Notes: generated from the sequence alone by a model not told the origin. A DNA stretch of 64,000 nt from Gammaproteobacteria bacterium (GCA_965222155.1 CBDCTH010000004.1:288001-352000), one strand, 5' to 3'. Positions 31,401-41,524 are shown, counted from the stretch's first letter. Program-made: numbers and translations.

Positions 31401-31599
31401 CGGTCTGCTGCCGCTGCTTTTCGAGAAGTCGGTACAGGCACAGTTCCTGATCCCCATGGGCATCTCACTCGGCTTCGGCATCCTGTTCGCAACAGCCATC
31501 ACCCTGATCATGATCCCCGTCAACATCATAATCGCCGACGACATCCGCCGCTTCCTGCTTATATCATCGTTCCTGCGCAAGGAGGAATCCACACACTAA
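28444..31599 (+). CDS. RND efflux permease (AcrB family)
   Basis: 1051 aa; GIVVDDAIVTGEN, GVVVNDSLVL, RFRPVMLTSLTT. Confidence 0.93.
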   Translation: MIDWFARNHVAANLLLFSIIIGGLLSLKTTLKLDLFPEIEPDVINVFVPLRGATPEDMELGVAIRIEEAVQDLEGIDRIISRSVEGSARVSIEVDSDYEPRELLNDIKNRVDSINTFPADTEKPVVSLAQRTRPVMSVVVAGNYSEGEIRSFAEQVRDDLLRIDGITQITLDAVRKYEISIEASQDRLREFNLTLADIARSVQRSSLDISAGNVRTDGGDVLIRSKGQAYRRAQFEDIVVKTNPDGSIIRVADVAEVNDGFEEVLLKAGFNGEFAAMIQVFRVGDQDVLDVAQKVKDYIAARQATLPAGMILDYWNDRSSFLKARLGTLVKNGIQGSILVIVLLTMFLRPAVAFWVFIGIPVSFLGALMLMPLGGVSINMLSLFGFIVVLGIVVDDAIVTGENIYTRLREGGDPLVASIQGTKQVAVPVTFGILTTIAAFSPLAFVEGRMGDFMGAIPAVVIPCLVFSLIESKFVLPAHLKTVRVRNDPATLSGFSRFQQRFADGFEQFIIDYYRPVLRYSLNNRYSVIAAFLGLLVLTLALVLSGWARFVFFPRIEGDVATVTLTMPVGTPFQVTDRHMQRITDATFELKRKYTNGAGGEPIIRNILSTTGSANIPSAGGPGGTLTSGDNYGQVIIEAVPSDERLTDIRTNDLLKEWRRKIGGIPGAEALTYRAELLRTGDPISIQFSARSLETLAKIGEQVKQRLMTYPTVFDIADSLSDGKEELQIELTPQGHVLGLTRAAIANQVSEAFRGFEAQRIQRGRDDIRVIVRLPREERRTTATLDEYLITAPDGRQVPLSHVATLTPGKGPATITRIDRERTMTVSADIDKQQTNMTVLRADLDRYLHALIAGYPGVTYSFEGEAKEQRESFASLQLGMVAILFVIYILLALPLKSYTQPLIVMSVIPFGVIGAIWGHWIMGRELCFPSMLGVMALAGVVVNDSLVLVDFINQKRAQGMAVLDAVLNAGVVRFRPVMLTSLTTFFGLLPLLFEKSVQAQFLIPMGISLGFGILFATAITLIMIPVNIIIADDIRRFLLISSFLRKEESTH

Positions 31600-31613
31600 C
31601 CAATCCGATACCA

Positions 31614-31669
31614 CCATTCCTGCGTAAGCAGGAATCCAGTCTGGATGCCGGGTCAAGCCCGGCATGACG
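31614..31669. repeat. Family A REP doublet
   Basis: CCATTCCTGCGTAAGCAGGAATCCAG followed by inverted CTGGATGCCGGGTCAAGCCCGGCATGACG. Confidence 0.8.
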
Positions 31670-31684
31670 ACTAGGCCAACAACG

Positions 31685-31807
31685 AACTAATTTGGGACAC
31701 CCATAAATTAGGACGGCAAACTAATTTGGGACACCCATAAATTAGGACGGCAAACTAATTTGGGACACCCATCAAACTAATTTGGGACATCCATAAATTA
31801 GGACGGC
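31685..31807. repeat. Four tandem family D repeats (CTAATTTGGGACACCCATAAATTAG)
   Basis: 34-bp period with one truncated unit. Confidence 0.85.
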
Positions 31808-31822
31808 TGATTCTGGCCCCGA

Positions 31823-32830
31823 CTACCTCTCAATTTCCCGCGGCCACACCCGCTGTTTTTCCTCAAACGGCAGGAAACTGCACACCGCGGCGTCATCGTT
31901 GATGCGGTCGAAGTCTTCCTCGGTGAGGCCCAGTTCGCTGTGCAGGATGTCATACTCGTGGCACAGGTCGATGCCGAACAGGTGCGGGTCGTCCGAGTTT
32001 ATGGATACCATGACCCCCGCCTCCATGAGTTTGCGTAGAGGGTGTGCGCGGATGGATGGAACAGAGTTGGTGAGCCGGTTGCTGGTGGGGCAGAGTTCGA
32101 GCAATACATTTTTCCGTTTAATAAAATTCATTACCTCAGGGTCGCGATATATGTAAATGCCGTGCCCAATTCGCTCGGCACCCAGTTCTTCAACGGCGAC
32201 CCGCACATGCTGCGGCGCCTCAGGTACGTTTTCCTCTCCCGAATGCAGGGTAACGTGCAGGCCGGCTTGCTTTGCCTTTAGCATCAGCGGCGCAAAGCGC
32301 CGGATGCCGAAACCGATATCCATGTCGGCCATGTCGATACCGACAAACGCCTCTTTGTGGTTAATAATAAAGTCGGTGGTGTAGGCGGCATCCTCCAGGG
32401 ACAGGGTTTTCTGCACGATGCCGATGAGGCCGACGGCAAAATCCGGGCGCTTCGCCCGCGCAACACCACTGGTAATAGCCTCGTGGATCTTCTCGAAGCT
32501 CAAGCGGGGATTGGCGGCGCGGATAAAGTCCGGCGAATAGCGCAGTTCAAAGATCCTGATATTCTGCTCCACGCCGTACTCGCAGGCCTCGTAAGCCAGG
32601 CGTTCGATGGTTTCCTCCGAACCCCACAGCTTCTGAATATTGGCAAATTTCTTCAGCGCCAGTTCCAGGTTGTCCACCGGTTCGGTGATCAACCATTCCT
32701 GTCTGAATACGCCGGGGTCGTCAGGGATATCCAGGCGCAGCGTCTGTCCGATCTCTTTCACGGTTTGCGGCTGAAAACAGGCTTCCAGGTGACAATGGAG
32801 TTCTACTTTCGGGATGTTTTTGCTGTCCAT
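31823..32830 (-). CDS. add: Adenosine deaminase (cytoplasmic)
   Basis: PKVELHCHLE, HSGE, ERIGHG, LCPTSN, NSDDP. Confidence 0.88.
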   Translation of the reverse strand: MDSKNIPKVELHCHLEACFQPQTVKEIGQTLRLDIPDDPGVFRQEWLITEPVDNLELALKKFANIQKLWGSEETIERLAYEACEYGVEQNIRIFELRYSPDFIRAANPRLSFEKIHEAITSGVARAKRPDFAVGLIGIVQKTLSLEDAAYTTDFIINHKEAFVGIDMADMDIGFGIRRFAPLMLKAKQAGLHVTLHSGEENVPEAPQHVRVAVEELGAERIGHGIYIYRDPEVMNFIKRKNVLLELCPTSNRLTNSVPSIRAHPLRKLMEAGVMVSINSDDPHLFGIDLCHEYDILHSELGLTEEDFDRINDDAAVCSFLPFEEKQRVWPREIER

Positions 32831-32891
32831 GATTGAATACTAATAGCTCAACCGGATTGCTACAACAGCGGGTTTTGTTAAACTACTTCCA

Positions 32892-33755
32892 ATGCACGAG
32901 ATCATTGCCATCATCTTCGATTTTGACGACACCCTGGCGCCGGACAGCACCTCGGGTTACCTGGGCCGGTGCGGCATCGACGTGCCCCGTTTCTGGAAGG
33001 AAGAAATAAAGGCGTTGACGGAAACAAAGTCCGCCGCGGAAGAATGGGACCCGGTGCCCGCGTATCTCTACAAGATGATTGAGAAATCCGCCACCGGACA
33101 GGTTGAACCCATAACCCGGGAAAGCCTGGCCCGCTGGGGCAGGGAACTCCCCCTGTATCCGGGGGTTGAAACGATATTCGATCGTTTGCGAAGTGTTGCC
33201 GCCGCGGTGAACCCCCGGGTCACGCTGGAATACTACGTGGTCAGTTCCGGTATCGGCGAGGTGTTGCGGAATACGTCCATCGCCCATGAATTCAGGGAGA
33301 TCTGGGCCTCGGATTTTGCCTACGATGACGGGGGGTGGATTAAATTTCCCCGCAAGATAATCAGTTTCACCGATAAGACCCGGTATATTTTTCATGTCCA
33401 GAAAGGGATTTTCGGTCCGGAGTTCATCGGCAAACCGTTTGAAGTCAACCGCAAGGTCGATCCCGCAAAGGTAAGGGTGCCGCTCAACCGGATGATCATG
33501 GTGGGAGACGGTTTTACCGATATACCCTGTTTCTCCCTGGTGCGCCAGGGGCAGGGTATCGCCATCGGCGTGTACGGTGATTCTGAAGATCGTGAAAAAC
33601 GCAGCAAAGCCTGGGGGTTTATCGAAGATGGCCGCGTGTCGAACCTGGTGCGGGCGGACTATTCCGAAAAATCCGCGCTCAGTGATTCCCTGGTCATGGC
33701 GGTGGAGCACCTGGCAAATCGCATCTCACTGTACGACCACATCTACCAGGGGTGA
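32892..33755 (+). CDS. HAD-superfamily hydrolase
   Basis: FDFDDTL, VSSG, GDGFTDIPC. Confidence 0.85.
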   Translation: MHEIIAIIFDFDDTLAPDSTSGYLGRCGIDVPRFWKEEIKALTETKSAAEEWDPVPAYLYKMIEKSATGQVEPITRESLARWGRELPLYPGVETIFDRLRSVAAAVNPRVTLEYYVVSSGIGEVLRNTSIAHEFREIWASDFAYDDGGWIKFPRKIISFTDKTRYIFHVQKGIFGPEFIGKPFEVNRKVDPAKVRVPLNRMIMVGDGFTDIPCFSLVRQGQGIAIGVYGDSEDREKRSKAWGFIEDGRVSNLVRADYSEKSALSDSLVMAVEHLANRISLYDHIYQG

Positions 33756-33820
33756 AGCAGAGGCAGGCTCCGGCGCCGTTCCGGCGAAAGCCTGCCGCCT
33801 TCATGCCGGCGCAACGCGTT

Positions 33821-34714
33821 TCACCATACTGGGCTTGACCCGGTATCCATAGCGATACCCCCCCATCACCATTCCGGGCCTGACCCGGTATCCATAGCGA
33901 TACCCCCCCATCACCATTCCGGGCCTGACCCGGCATCCATAGCGATACCACCCCCCCTCACCATTCCGGGCCTGACCCGGTATCCATAGCGATACCACCC
34001 CCCCTCACCATTCCGGGCCTGACCCGGAATCCATAGCGATACCACCCCCCCTCACCATTCCGGGCCTGACCCGGAATCCATAGCGATACCACCCCCCCTC
34101 ACCATTCCGGGCCTGACCCGGAATCCATAGCGATACCACCCCCCCTCACCATTCCGGGCTTGACCCGGTATCCATAGCGATACCACCCCCCCTCACCATT
34201 CCGGGCTTGACCCGGAATCCATAGCGATACCACCCCCCCTCACCATTCCGGGCTTAACCCGGAATCCATGGCGATATCACCCCCCCCCTCACCATTCCGG
34301 GCTTGACCCGGAATCCATAGCGATACCACCCCCCATCACCATTCCGGGCTTGACCCGGTATCCATAGCGATACCACCCCCCATCACCATTCCGGGCTTGA
34401 CCCGGAATCCATAGCGATACCACCCCCCCTCACTATTCCGGGCTTGACCCGGAATCCATGGCGATACCACCCCCGACTGGATTCCTGCCCCTGCTCAACA
34501 GCATACAGGGGTAAACTTTCGCAGGAGGTGAGAGGAACACGCCTGGCATATCAGGAGTTATCCCCCTCACCATTCCGGGCTTGACCCGGAATCCATGACG
34601 ATATCACCCCCCATCACCATTCCGGGCTTGACCCGGAATCCATGGCGATATCACCTCCGACTGGATTCCTGCCCCTGCTCAACAGCATACAGGGGTAAAC
34701 TTTCGCAGGAATGG
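33821..34714. repeat. Tandem array of 16 REP units (45-49 bp)
   Basis: Unit TCACCATTCCGGGC(C/T)TGACCCGG(A/T)ATCCATAGCGATACCACCCCCCC; blocks of 14 and 2 units, each closed by an inverted REP. Confidence 0.92.
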
Positions 34715-34787
34715 TATGTCGAATTTCAGGGCTGGCTCACAGTCCTACGGGGTAGAATCCGAAAGTATGATCTTGCTCTGGCTGCTT

Positions 34788-36845
34788 TTATTTCAGGGCC
34801 TGCTGCAACTCACCCAGCTCCGAGATCGGTTCCAGGCAGGTAAAGCCCGTGCAGACAAACGCCGTGGCCGCCTGGTCCGTCCTTTTCTCGTTGATCAGGT
34901 CCGGCAGGCCCTGTTCCGTGGACGGGATGGCGAAGACCAGGGAGCGCAGGTCCAGCAAGGGTTCCACCTGTCTTTGCCAGGCGCCGATGGTCTCCTCATC
35001 GCCGCGCAGGATAATCACCCGCCTGGGATCGTCGTATTCCAGTAACGCCGTCAGCAGGGCTGCACAGGCATGGGGCATGCGTTGCAGCAGGCCCCAGGCA
35101 GCCTTCAGGGTTTTCTCTGCGGCCTCCAGGTAATCCTGCCTGCCGGTCAGGTGTCCGAGGTTGAGCAGGGCCAGCGCCGCCATGCCGTTGCCGGAGGGCA
35201 ACGAGTCATCCGTGAAGTCCTTACGCCGTTGCAGCAGAGTCTCGTGGTCGTGTGAGGTGAAAAAGAAACCGCCGCCGTCGGCATCATAAAACTGCTCAAG
35301 CAGAGTATCGGCCAGTTGCATGGCGAAGCCCAGCCACTTGCCCGACCACCGGTACGAAAGTATGTGGATAATAGCGTCGATCAGGAAGGCGTAGTCATCC
35401 AGGTAGGCGTTCAGGTGTGCCCTGCCGTCCTTGCAGGTAGCCGCCAGCCTGTTCCCGTCCCAGAGCCGGGCGTGGATGAACTCAAGACAGCGCAGCGCCG
35501 ACCGGTAATAGTCAGGTTCTTCCAGGCGCATTGCCGCGATGCTCATACCCTTCAGCATCAGGGCATTCCAGGACGTCAGGATTTTATCATCGAGGCCGGG
35601 GTGTATCCGTTGTTCCCTCTCCCGGAACAGTTTTTCCCTGGCGCTTTGCAGGTGTTGTTGTATTTCGCCGGGGTCCCGGCCGTCGGCGCGGGCGATCTCT
35701 TCCGGGCTTTGCGCCACGTAGAGATGCCAGCGGCCTTCAAAGTTATCGGGTTTATCCAGGCCGGAATAGCGCGCGAAATCATCGAATTCGGCCTCGTTCA
35801 ACAGCCGATGCACCTCACCCGGCTCCCAGGTGTAAAACTTCCCTTCTTCCCCCTCCGAATCCGCGTCCAGGGAAGAGAAAAAGCCGCCTTCCCCGGATTG
35901 CATCTCGCGCATCACCCAGGCAGCCGTGCCCCGGGCAGCCTGCCTGAAAAGCTCGCGCCGGCTGATGCGCCAGGCATTGGCGTATAACCCCAGCAAAGGG
36001 CCGTTGTCGTACAGCATTTTTTCAAAATGCGGGATGTTCCAGCGGGAGTCCACGGAATAACGGCAAAAACCACCGCCGACATGATCGTAAATGCCGCCTT
36101 CAGCCATCTTCTCCAGGGTAAAACATGCCATATCAAGAGGGTCGGTATCCGCCGTCCGGGCATACTGGTGGAGCAATAACTCCAGGTTGACCGGGTGGGG
36201 AAATTTCGGCGCCCCGCCGAAGCCGCCATCACGCCGGTCAAAGGAGCCCGCCAGTTGCTCGACGCAATGATCCACCGGACCGGTGTCGAGGGTCGTTCCC
36301 GCAGCGGCAGGTCCGCTTGTTTGAGTCTGTTCCAACGCCTTGATGAATGCCGTGTTCTGCTCCGTCAGGGCAGGCTTCTCTTCCTGGTAAACCTGGTGAA
36401 TCCTGGCCAGCAGGGTCCTGAAACCGGGTAGGCCGTGGCGTGGTTCCGGCGGGAAGTAGGTGCCGCCGAAGAACGGCGTCTGATCTTCGGGCATCAGGAA
36501 CATCGTCAGCGGCCAGCCGCCGGTACGCCCCGACAGCAGTTGTTGCGCGGTCTGGTAGATCTTGTCGATATCGGGCCGCTCTTCCCGATCCACCTTGATA
36601 TTGATGAAATAGCAGTTCATCAAGTCTGCGGTTTCCTGGTCTTCAAAAGACTCGTGCGCCATGACGTGACACCAGTGGCAGGCCGAATAACCGACGGACA
36701 GCAATATGGGTTTCCCCTCAGTCCTGGCAAGCTCCAGCGCCTCATCGTTCCAGGGATGCCAGTCAACCGGATTGTTGGCATGCTGCAACAGGTAAGGACT
36801 GGTTTCGTCAGCAAGCGCGTTGGGCTGAAAGGACTTATCGGTCAT
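34788..36845 (-). CDS. YyaL/SSP411-like thioredoxin-domain protein
   Basis: [43 protein letters not shown]. Confidence 0.92.
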   Translation of the reverse strand: MTDKSFQPNALADETSPYLLQHANNPVDWHPWNDEALELARTEGKPILLSVGYSACHWCHVMAHESFEDQETADLMNCYFINIKVDREERPDIDKIYQTAQQLLSGRTGGWPLTMFLMPEDQTPFFGGTYFPPEPRHGLPGFRTLLARIHQVYQEEKPALTEQNTAFIKALEQTQTSGPAAAGTTLDTGPVDHCVEQLAGSFDRRDGGFGGAPKFPHPVNLELLLHQYARTADTDPLDMACFTLEKMAEGGIYDHVGGGFCRYSVDSRWNIPHFEKMLYDNGPLLGLYANAWRISRRELFRQAARGTAAWVMREMQSGEGGFFSSLDADSEGEEGKFYTWEPGEVHRLLNEAEFDDFARYSGLDKPDNFEGRWHLYVAQSPEEIARADGRDPGEIQQHLQSAREKLFREREQRIHPGLDDKILTSWNALMLKGMSIAAMRLEEPDYYRSALRCLEFIHARLWDGNRLAATCKDGRAHLNAYLDDYAFLIDAIIHILSYRWSGKWLGFAMQLADTLLEQFYDADGGGFFFTSHDHETLLQRRKDFTDDSLPSGNGMAALALLNLGHLTGRQDYLEAAEKTLKAAWGLLQRMPHACAALLTALLEYDDPRRVIILRGDEETIGAWQRQVEPLLDLRSLVFAIPSTEQGLPDLINEKRTDQAATAFVCTGFTCLEPISELGELQQALK

Positions 36846-36882
36846 CCAAACATTATCCGCCAATATCCACAAAGAGGACAGA

Positions 36883-37011
36883 CCTAATTTGGCCTAATTT
36901 GGGACACCCATAAATTAGTAACCCAATTTGGGACACCCATAAATTAGTAACCCAATTTGGGACACCCATAAATCTGAAGGACCTAGATTTAATTTAGGAC
37001 ATCCATAAATC
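36883..37011. repeat. Tandem family D repeats
   Basis: AATTTGGGACACCCATAAAT x3 plus one degenerate copy. Confidence 0.85.
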
Positions 37012-37052
37012 TCGATTGGATTCCCGCTCCTCCTCATCTCGCGTGGAATTAC

Positions 37053-37061
37053 TGTTATAAT
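37053..37061 (+). promoter_or_regulatory. Extended -10 promoter for the tRNA
   Basis: TGTTATAAT ending 15 bp upstream of the tRNA start. Confidence 0.55.
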
Positions 37062-37075
37062 TCAAAAGTTAATAA

Positions 37076-37152
37076 GCGCCTGTAGCTCAGTTGGATAGAG
37101 TGCTGCCCTCCGAAGGCAGAAGTCACAGGTTCGAATCCTGTCAGGCGCGCCA
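37076..37152 (+). tRNA. tRNA-Arg(CCG)
   Basis: 77-nt cloverleaf, anticodon arm CTGCC-CTCCGAA-GGCAG, GGTTCGAATCC T-arm, encoded CCA. Confidence 0.96.
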
Positions 37153-37285
37153 TTTTTACAAGGGGCCGTAGCGAGGACATCGTTTACAGTTTATACCGGG
37201 GACATAGGGTGCTTTGCTGCAGGTTGATTTGGAATTGTTATGCTAAAATGAGACAGGTTTTTTTCTGAAATACAGGAATATTCAT

Positions 37286-37507
37286 ATGCAAATACAATTT
37301 GCGACACGCATCGAGAGCAAAATCAAACGAGCGGTAGAGAAGGTATGTGAGTCGCGGGGGCTGAAGATAAACCGATTTATCGAAGATGCACTTATCGATA
37401 AGCTGGAGGAACTGGAGGATATTGAGGATCTGAAAAGAATCCGGCGCGAGCCAAGCAAACCATTTGAAAAAGTTTTAAAGGACTTAAAACTCAGTGGCGA
37501 ACTATAA
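37286..37507 (+). CDS. Antitoxin (RHH-like)
   Basis: 73 aa with acidic C-half, overlaps the downstream RelE-like toxin. Confidence 0.75.
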   Translation: MQIQFATRIESKIKRAVEKVCESRGLKINRFIEDALIDKLEELEDIEDLKRIRREPSKPFEKVLKDLKLSGEL

Positions 37508-37754
37508 GATTGAAATATCAGCAACTGCAGAGAAACAGATTCGGAAGTTAAAAAAACAGGATCAACTCCGCGTTCTACGTACCATTCGAAACCTCGCACA
37601 GACACCTTACCCTGAAGGTTGCCGCAAATTACACGGATATCAAAATGTGTTTCGTCTCAGGGAAGGAAGTTACCGTATCATCTATGGTGTAGAAACAAAC
37701 CGGCTTTTGGTCATTATACTTAAGGTTGGACATAGGAAAGATGTGTACAGATAA
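37494..37754 (+). CDS. RelE/ParE-family toxin
   Basis: AEKQIRKL, FRLREGSYRIIY, KVGHRKDVYR. Confidence 0.88.
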   Translation: MANYKIEISATAEKQIRKLKKQDQLRVLRTIRNLAQTPYPEGCRKLHGYQNVFRLREGSYRIIYGVETNRLLVIILKVGHRKDVYR

Positions 37755-37764
37755 AAGATTTAGT

Positions 37765-37903
37765 GAAGGAAAGATTATTGTGAAACCCATAATCCAGAGT
37801 GCGGAGACGATATAATTTGAAAGAACTGGTCTCCAAGATACCGGAAAGATACCAGGTTAAGGAAACAGACTGGGGACCGCCGGTTGGCAAGGAAGTATGG
37901 TAG
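37765..37903 (+). pseudogene. MazE/AbrB-type antitoxin C-terminal remnant
   Basis: EGKIIVKP, frameshift, then YNLKELVSKIPERYQVKETDWGPPVGKEVW*. Confidence 0.65.
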
Positions 37904-38689
37904 ATGTTGACTTTCCCGAATATAGACCCCGTTGCCGTAGACCTGGGTTTCCTGCAGATCCGCTGGTACGGGATCAGCTATATCGCAGGCATCCTGGGGG
38001 CCTGGGCGCTGTTGCATTACCGGGCGAAGTCGGGGCGCTTCGGCTGGACAACCGAACAGGTTGCAGACCTCATTTTTTACGGGATCCTGGGAGTCATCCT
38101 GGGCGGCCGGCTGGGTTCGGTGCTGTTTTACAACCTGCCCTACTACCTGGATCACCCGCTCGACGTAATCAAGGTCTGGCAGGGCGGCATGTCGTTCCAC
38201 GGCGGGCTGCTCGGGGTCATCATCGCCGTCTGGCTCTATGGCCGCAAGATCAATAAGGCATTCTTCGAGGCCACCGATTTCCTGGCGCCCGTGGTACCCG
38301 TTGGTCTGGTTACCGGCCGCATCGGCAATTTTATCAATGCGGAACTGTGGGGCAAACCGGCAGACCTGCCTTGGGCAATGGTATTCCCCAATGCCGGCGC
38401 ACTGCCGAGACACCCGTCCCAGTTATATGAGGCATTCCTGGAGGGGCTGTGCCTGTTCATTATCCTCTGGTGGTTCTCCACCCGCCCCCGCCCTCTGATG
38501 GCCGTCTCCGCGCTGTTCCTGCTGTTCTACGGCCTGTTCCGCTTTGCCGTGGAATTCATGCGTGAGCCGGACGCCCATCTCGGCTACCTCGGTTTCGGCT
38601 GGCTGACCATGGGGCAGGTTTTATCGTTGCCTATGATACTGACAGGTATAGTATTATGCGGCATAGCGTATGGCAGGTTCAGAACATGA
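37904..38689 (+). CDS. lgt: Prolipoprotein diacylglyceryl transferase
   Basis: [33 protein letters not shown]. Confidence 0.96.
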   Translation: MLTFPNIDPVAVDLGFLQIRWYGISYIAGILGAWALLHYRAKSGRFGWTTEQVADLIFYGILGVILGGRLGSVLFYNLPYYLDHPLDVIKVWQGGMSFHGGLLGVIIAVWLYGRKINKAFFEATDFLAPVVPVGLVTGRIGNFINAELWGKPADLPWAMVFPNAGALPRHPSQLYEAFLEGLCLFIILWWFSTRPRPLMAVSALFLLFYGLFRFAVEFMREPDAHLGYLGFGWLTMGQVLSLPMILTGIVLCGIAYGRFRT

Positions 38690-39207
38690 AACAATACCTG
38701 GACCTGTTACGCCACGTGCGCAATGAAGGCGCACCGAAATCCGACCGTACCGGCACCGGCACCCTCAGCGTTTTCGGCTACCAGATGCGCTTCGACCTGG
38801 GCCGGAATTTCCCGGCGCTGACCACCAAGAAACTGCATTTCAAATCCATCATCCATGAGTTGCTATGGTTTCTGCGAGGGGAATCGAACATCCGTTACCT
38901 GCGCGACAACGGCGTCACCATCTGGGATGAGTGGGCTGATGAAAACGGCGAACTGGGGCCGGTCTACGGCGTACAATGGCGCTCCTGGCCCACGGCCGAC
39001 GGCGCAGCCATAGACCAGATTGCCGACGTGGTGGAACAGCTCAAGGCCAACCCCGACTCGCGGCGCCTGATCGTCAGCGCCTGGAACCCGGGAGAGATAG
39101 ACAAAATGGCCCTTGCGCCCTGTCATGCCTTCTTCCAGTTCTACGTGAATGACGGCGCTCTGTCCTGCCAGATGTACCAGCGCAGCGCAGACGTTTTCCT
39201 GGGGGTC
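38686..39207 (+). pseudogene. thyA: Host thymidylate synthase, 5' part, truncated by island insertion
   Basis: E. coli-like ThyA to MALAPCH...[11 protein letters not shown]; PFNIASY and the C-terminus are missing; frame runs on into AT-rich DNA to 39330. Confidence 0.92.
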
Positions 39208-39317
39208 TCCCTTTTTAGTAACTATATGATCGCTTCGATAACTCGTTTTGTTAACTATTACTTATTGAAAACACTAAGATTTTTTACAAAGCATTTTGTG
39301 CTACTTAATTTGTATCA

Positions 39318-39379
39318 CTTCGCGCAATAAAAAGACGCGCTTTCAACACGAAATTCCCGACTTTGATTTGGGGAAAACA
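39318..39379 (+). repeat. 62-bp direct repeat, copy 1
   Basis: Identical to 44534-44595. Confidence 0.92.
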
Positions 39380-39569
39380 TGTAGGTGAACAAATAGGTTT
39401 GTAACTAAGTGAGCTTGTAACCAGCACTCTGCTGTTTCCTACGCGCGCTTTTCAAGAATTAAGTTTGTAACCAATTCATCTTTGTGCGTTTCTAGCGACG
39501 AAATAATAACCAAATAAGTTTGTAACTAGAGAACGACTTCAATAACGCTCAGGCGATTGCTGAAACCGT

Positions 39570-39728
39570 CGGGCAGCATGCCTTGTCTTTGAACATCGTC
39601 GCCTGCTGGAACCCATTTGTAAAGTGCCATCGGCCGAGTTTGAAAATATGTACTACGATAAGATTGACATTTACTGCAAATCTGAATGACTCAAACTAAC
39701 GGGCCTCCGGAATTCCCGGGGCGGTTCA
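39570..39728 (+). mobile_element. IS3-family remnant with right TIR
   Basis: HRRLLEPI..PSAEFE orfB tail; ends CTCCGGAATTCCCGGGGCGGTTCA. Confidence 0.75.
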
Positions 39729-40588
39729 CCGATCTCGTCAGGATTCAGGTCCGGCAGTAGACACCGATCCGTTTGCCTGTTGTCTGGAAGCCTGGGTAAC
39801 CAACACGCGAGGCGTGTCCAGGCATGCCGGGCCCAGGAGGAGAGCGCCAACGCATCCTCGGGCTTTAGAGCCTCGCCTATTGCCACCTCCAGCTCGTACC
39901 AGGACAGGCCAGTCCGTTCGTCCAGTGAGGGGGACCCACTAAATCAATCCACCCGTTAAGTGAATTTCTGGCAAGTGTAACCCCTGAGACGCCATCACGA
40001 AACGAGACGTCAACCGCGTATGCCGAGTTTTTATCCAGCAGACGGCAAACGTGGCTGCAGGTTCGAATACACTGATAATCGGCCGTGGCGGTGGCAAGCC
40101 TCTGAGAAGACTGACGGAAAAAGAGGAAGAGGAAAGCTGGATAAGGTAAGTGCCGTCATCTCCGGCCGGCGCCGTTCCAGTGCCGACGCCGGCTTCGTTT
40201 TTCCTTGCCAAACTCGATTTTTCCTAATCCTTATTTTTTCCGGAGTTCTAGTCTCTACTAGTCTCCACATACTTGACCGCTTCCAGCCAATCATCGGCCG
40301 TGATTCACTGTTTATCGCCTTTTGTCTTTGCAGGCTTATCTGCTGTTGCATTGTTTTCGACCAGCGCTTGCGTCGTCACTGGTTATTCTGCCGGTTCATC
40401 GTCTCTAGTAACGTCCGGTCTTGATTACGCTTCCCAGATAAAACCTTTATCCCTGAGCTCGGGGCGCAATAAGGCAAACTCTTTCCGGATGCACTTGAGC
40501 ATGTCAGCAATGTCCAACCCGTTATTTCGTCCCGTGTTTCAAATACTCCGTCCTTGGATGTTTCACTTCTTCATTGTCCGGGTTAATG

Positions 40589-41524
40589 CTATTGGGGCAA
40601 CAATACAAGACGATCATGTAGCAATTTAGAATTCAGCCCAGGCATGACAGCCTGAACTTGCTTAAATGCACGCCCAAATGCCTGCTGGAATTTATGACGG
40701 TCTTTTTTGTTATTCATATAGCCGAAGCCGAACTGTAACTGGAGATGCTCCCAAGTGATATATGTCTCTTTTTGAAGATAACTCAAGCGGTGGTTTATCC
40801 AGAGGTAGATATCAATAGCCAGGGAGGACGTTGATAACGCGCGCAAAGCACATATATCAATGGGAACATGATGCTGTATCACCTCGTTGTATAGAGTATC
40901 TTCGATTGTAATTGTGGATATATCTTTGTCGTCATCGTCAAATTCAAACAAATCGCGAAAATCACCAAAAACCGGGTCATCAATAGGAATAGGTATGACA
41001 TTTGATGTACTTGTGTCACCAACCACGCCTTTTTGCAGCAACCTAATCCTTGAACATACCTTGCTAAATTGCGTCATACGTTTATCAAATGGGCCGTGAT
41101 AACACATTCCGATGGTCACCCGGAATAAACCCACAGCCTGTCTCCTTACCGGTATATACGTATCCCATTGTTCTGTGGCCGGCAATACGCCAAGCGTGCA
41201 AAGAAAATCAGACAGGCCATCCCCCAATTCAAGTTTACGATTACGGGTCATGGCTGCTTCATGTATCATCCATGCGAACACAAGACGAGGAATCGGCCCA
41301 TAAGGCGGGCTGCAACCGGGTGTATCAAGAATGGAAATCTGGTATTTTCCAAATTTCCGCTGATATCTGATATCTTCTTGTTTGCATGCAGGCAGCGCCG
41401 CTAGGACCAGTGCGCGGATTGCAAATGAATTTCCGGCATCTTCCCTGGTTTCAAAATCAAGAATCCGCTCACCCCCTCGTATGAGTTTCATTTGCTCCAG
41501 TGGCCGGGGTTGAATTGTCATCAT
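40589..41524 (-). CDS. Plasmid-type replication protein (RepA_C, IncW-like)
   Basis: PYGPIPRLVFAW, VPIDICALRAL..SSLAIDIYLW, WEHLQLQFG. Confidence 0.78.
   Translation of the reverse strand: MMTIQPRPLEQMKLIRGGERILDFETREDAGNSFAIRALVLAALPACKQEDIRYQRKFGKYQISILDTPGCSPPYGPIPRLVFAWMIHEAAMTRNRKLELGDGLSDFLCTLGVLPATEQWDTYIPVRRQAVGLFRVTIGMCYHGPFDKRMTQFSKVCSRIRLLQKGVVGDTSTSNVIPIPIDDPVFGDFRDLFEFDDDDKDISTITIEDTLYNEVIQHHVPIDICALRALSTSSLAIDIYLWINHRLSYLQKETYITWEHLQLQFGFGYMNNKKDRHKFQQAFGRAFKQVQAVMPGLNSKLLHDRLVLLPQ

Noticed and set aside
33821-34714. CRISPR array
   Set aside because: Linkers are near-identical rather than unique spacers, the repeat is a dispersed REP, and no cas genes are visible.
38656-39330. 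Intact 224-aa ThyA
   Set aside because: The last ~40 residues are non-homologous read-through and essential C-terminal motifs are missing.
39730-40580. Short ORFs between the IS3 remnant and repA
   Set aside because: Probably decayed mobile-element genes, but I could not recognise a family.
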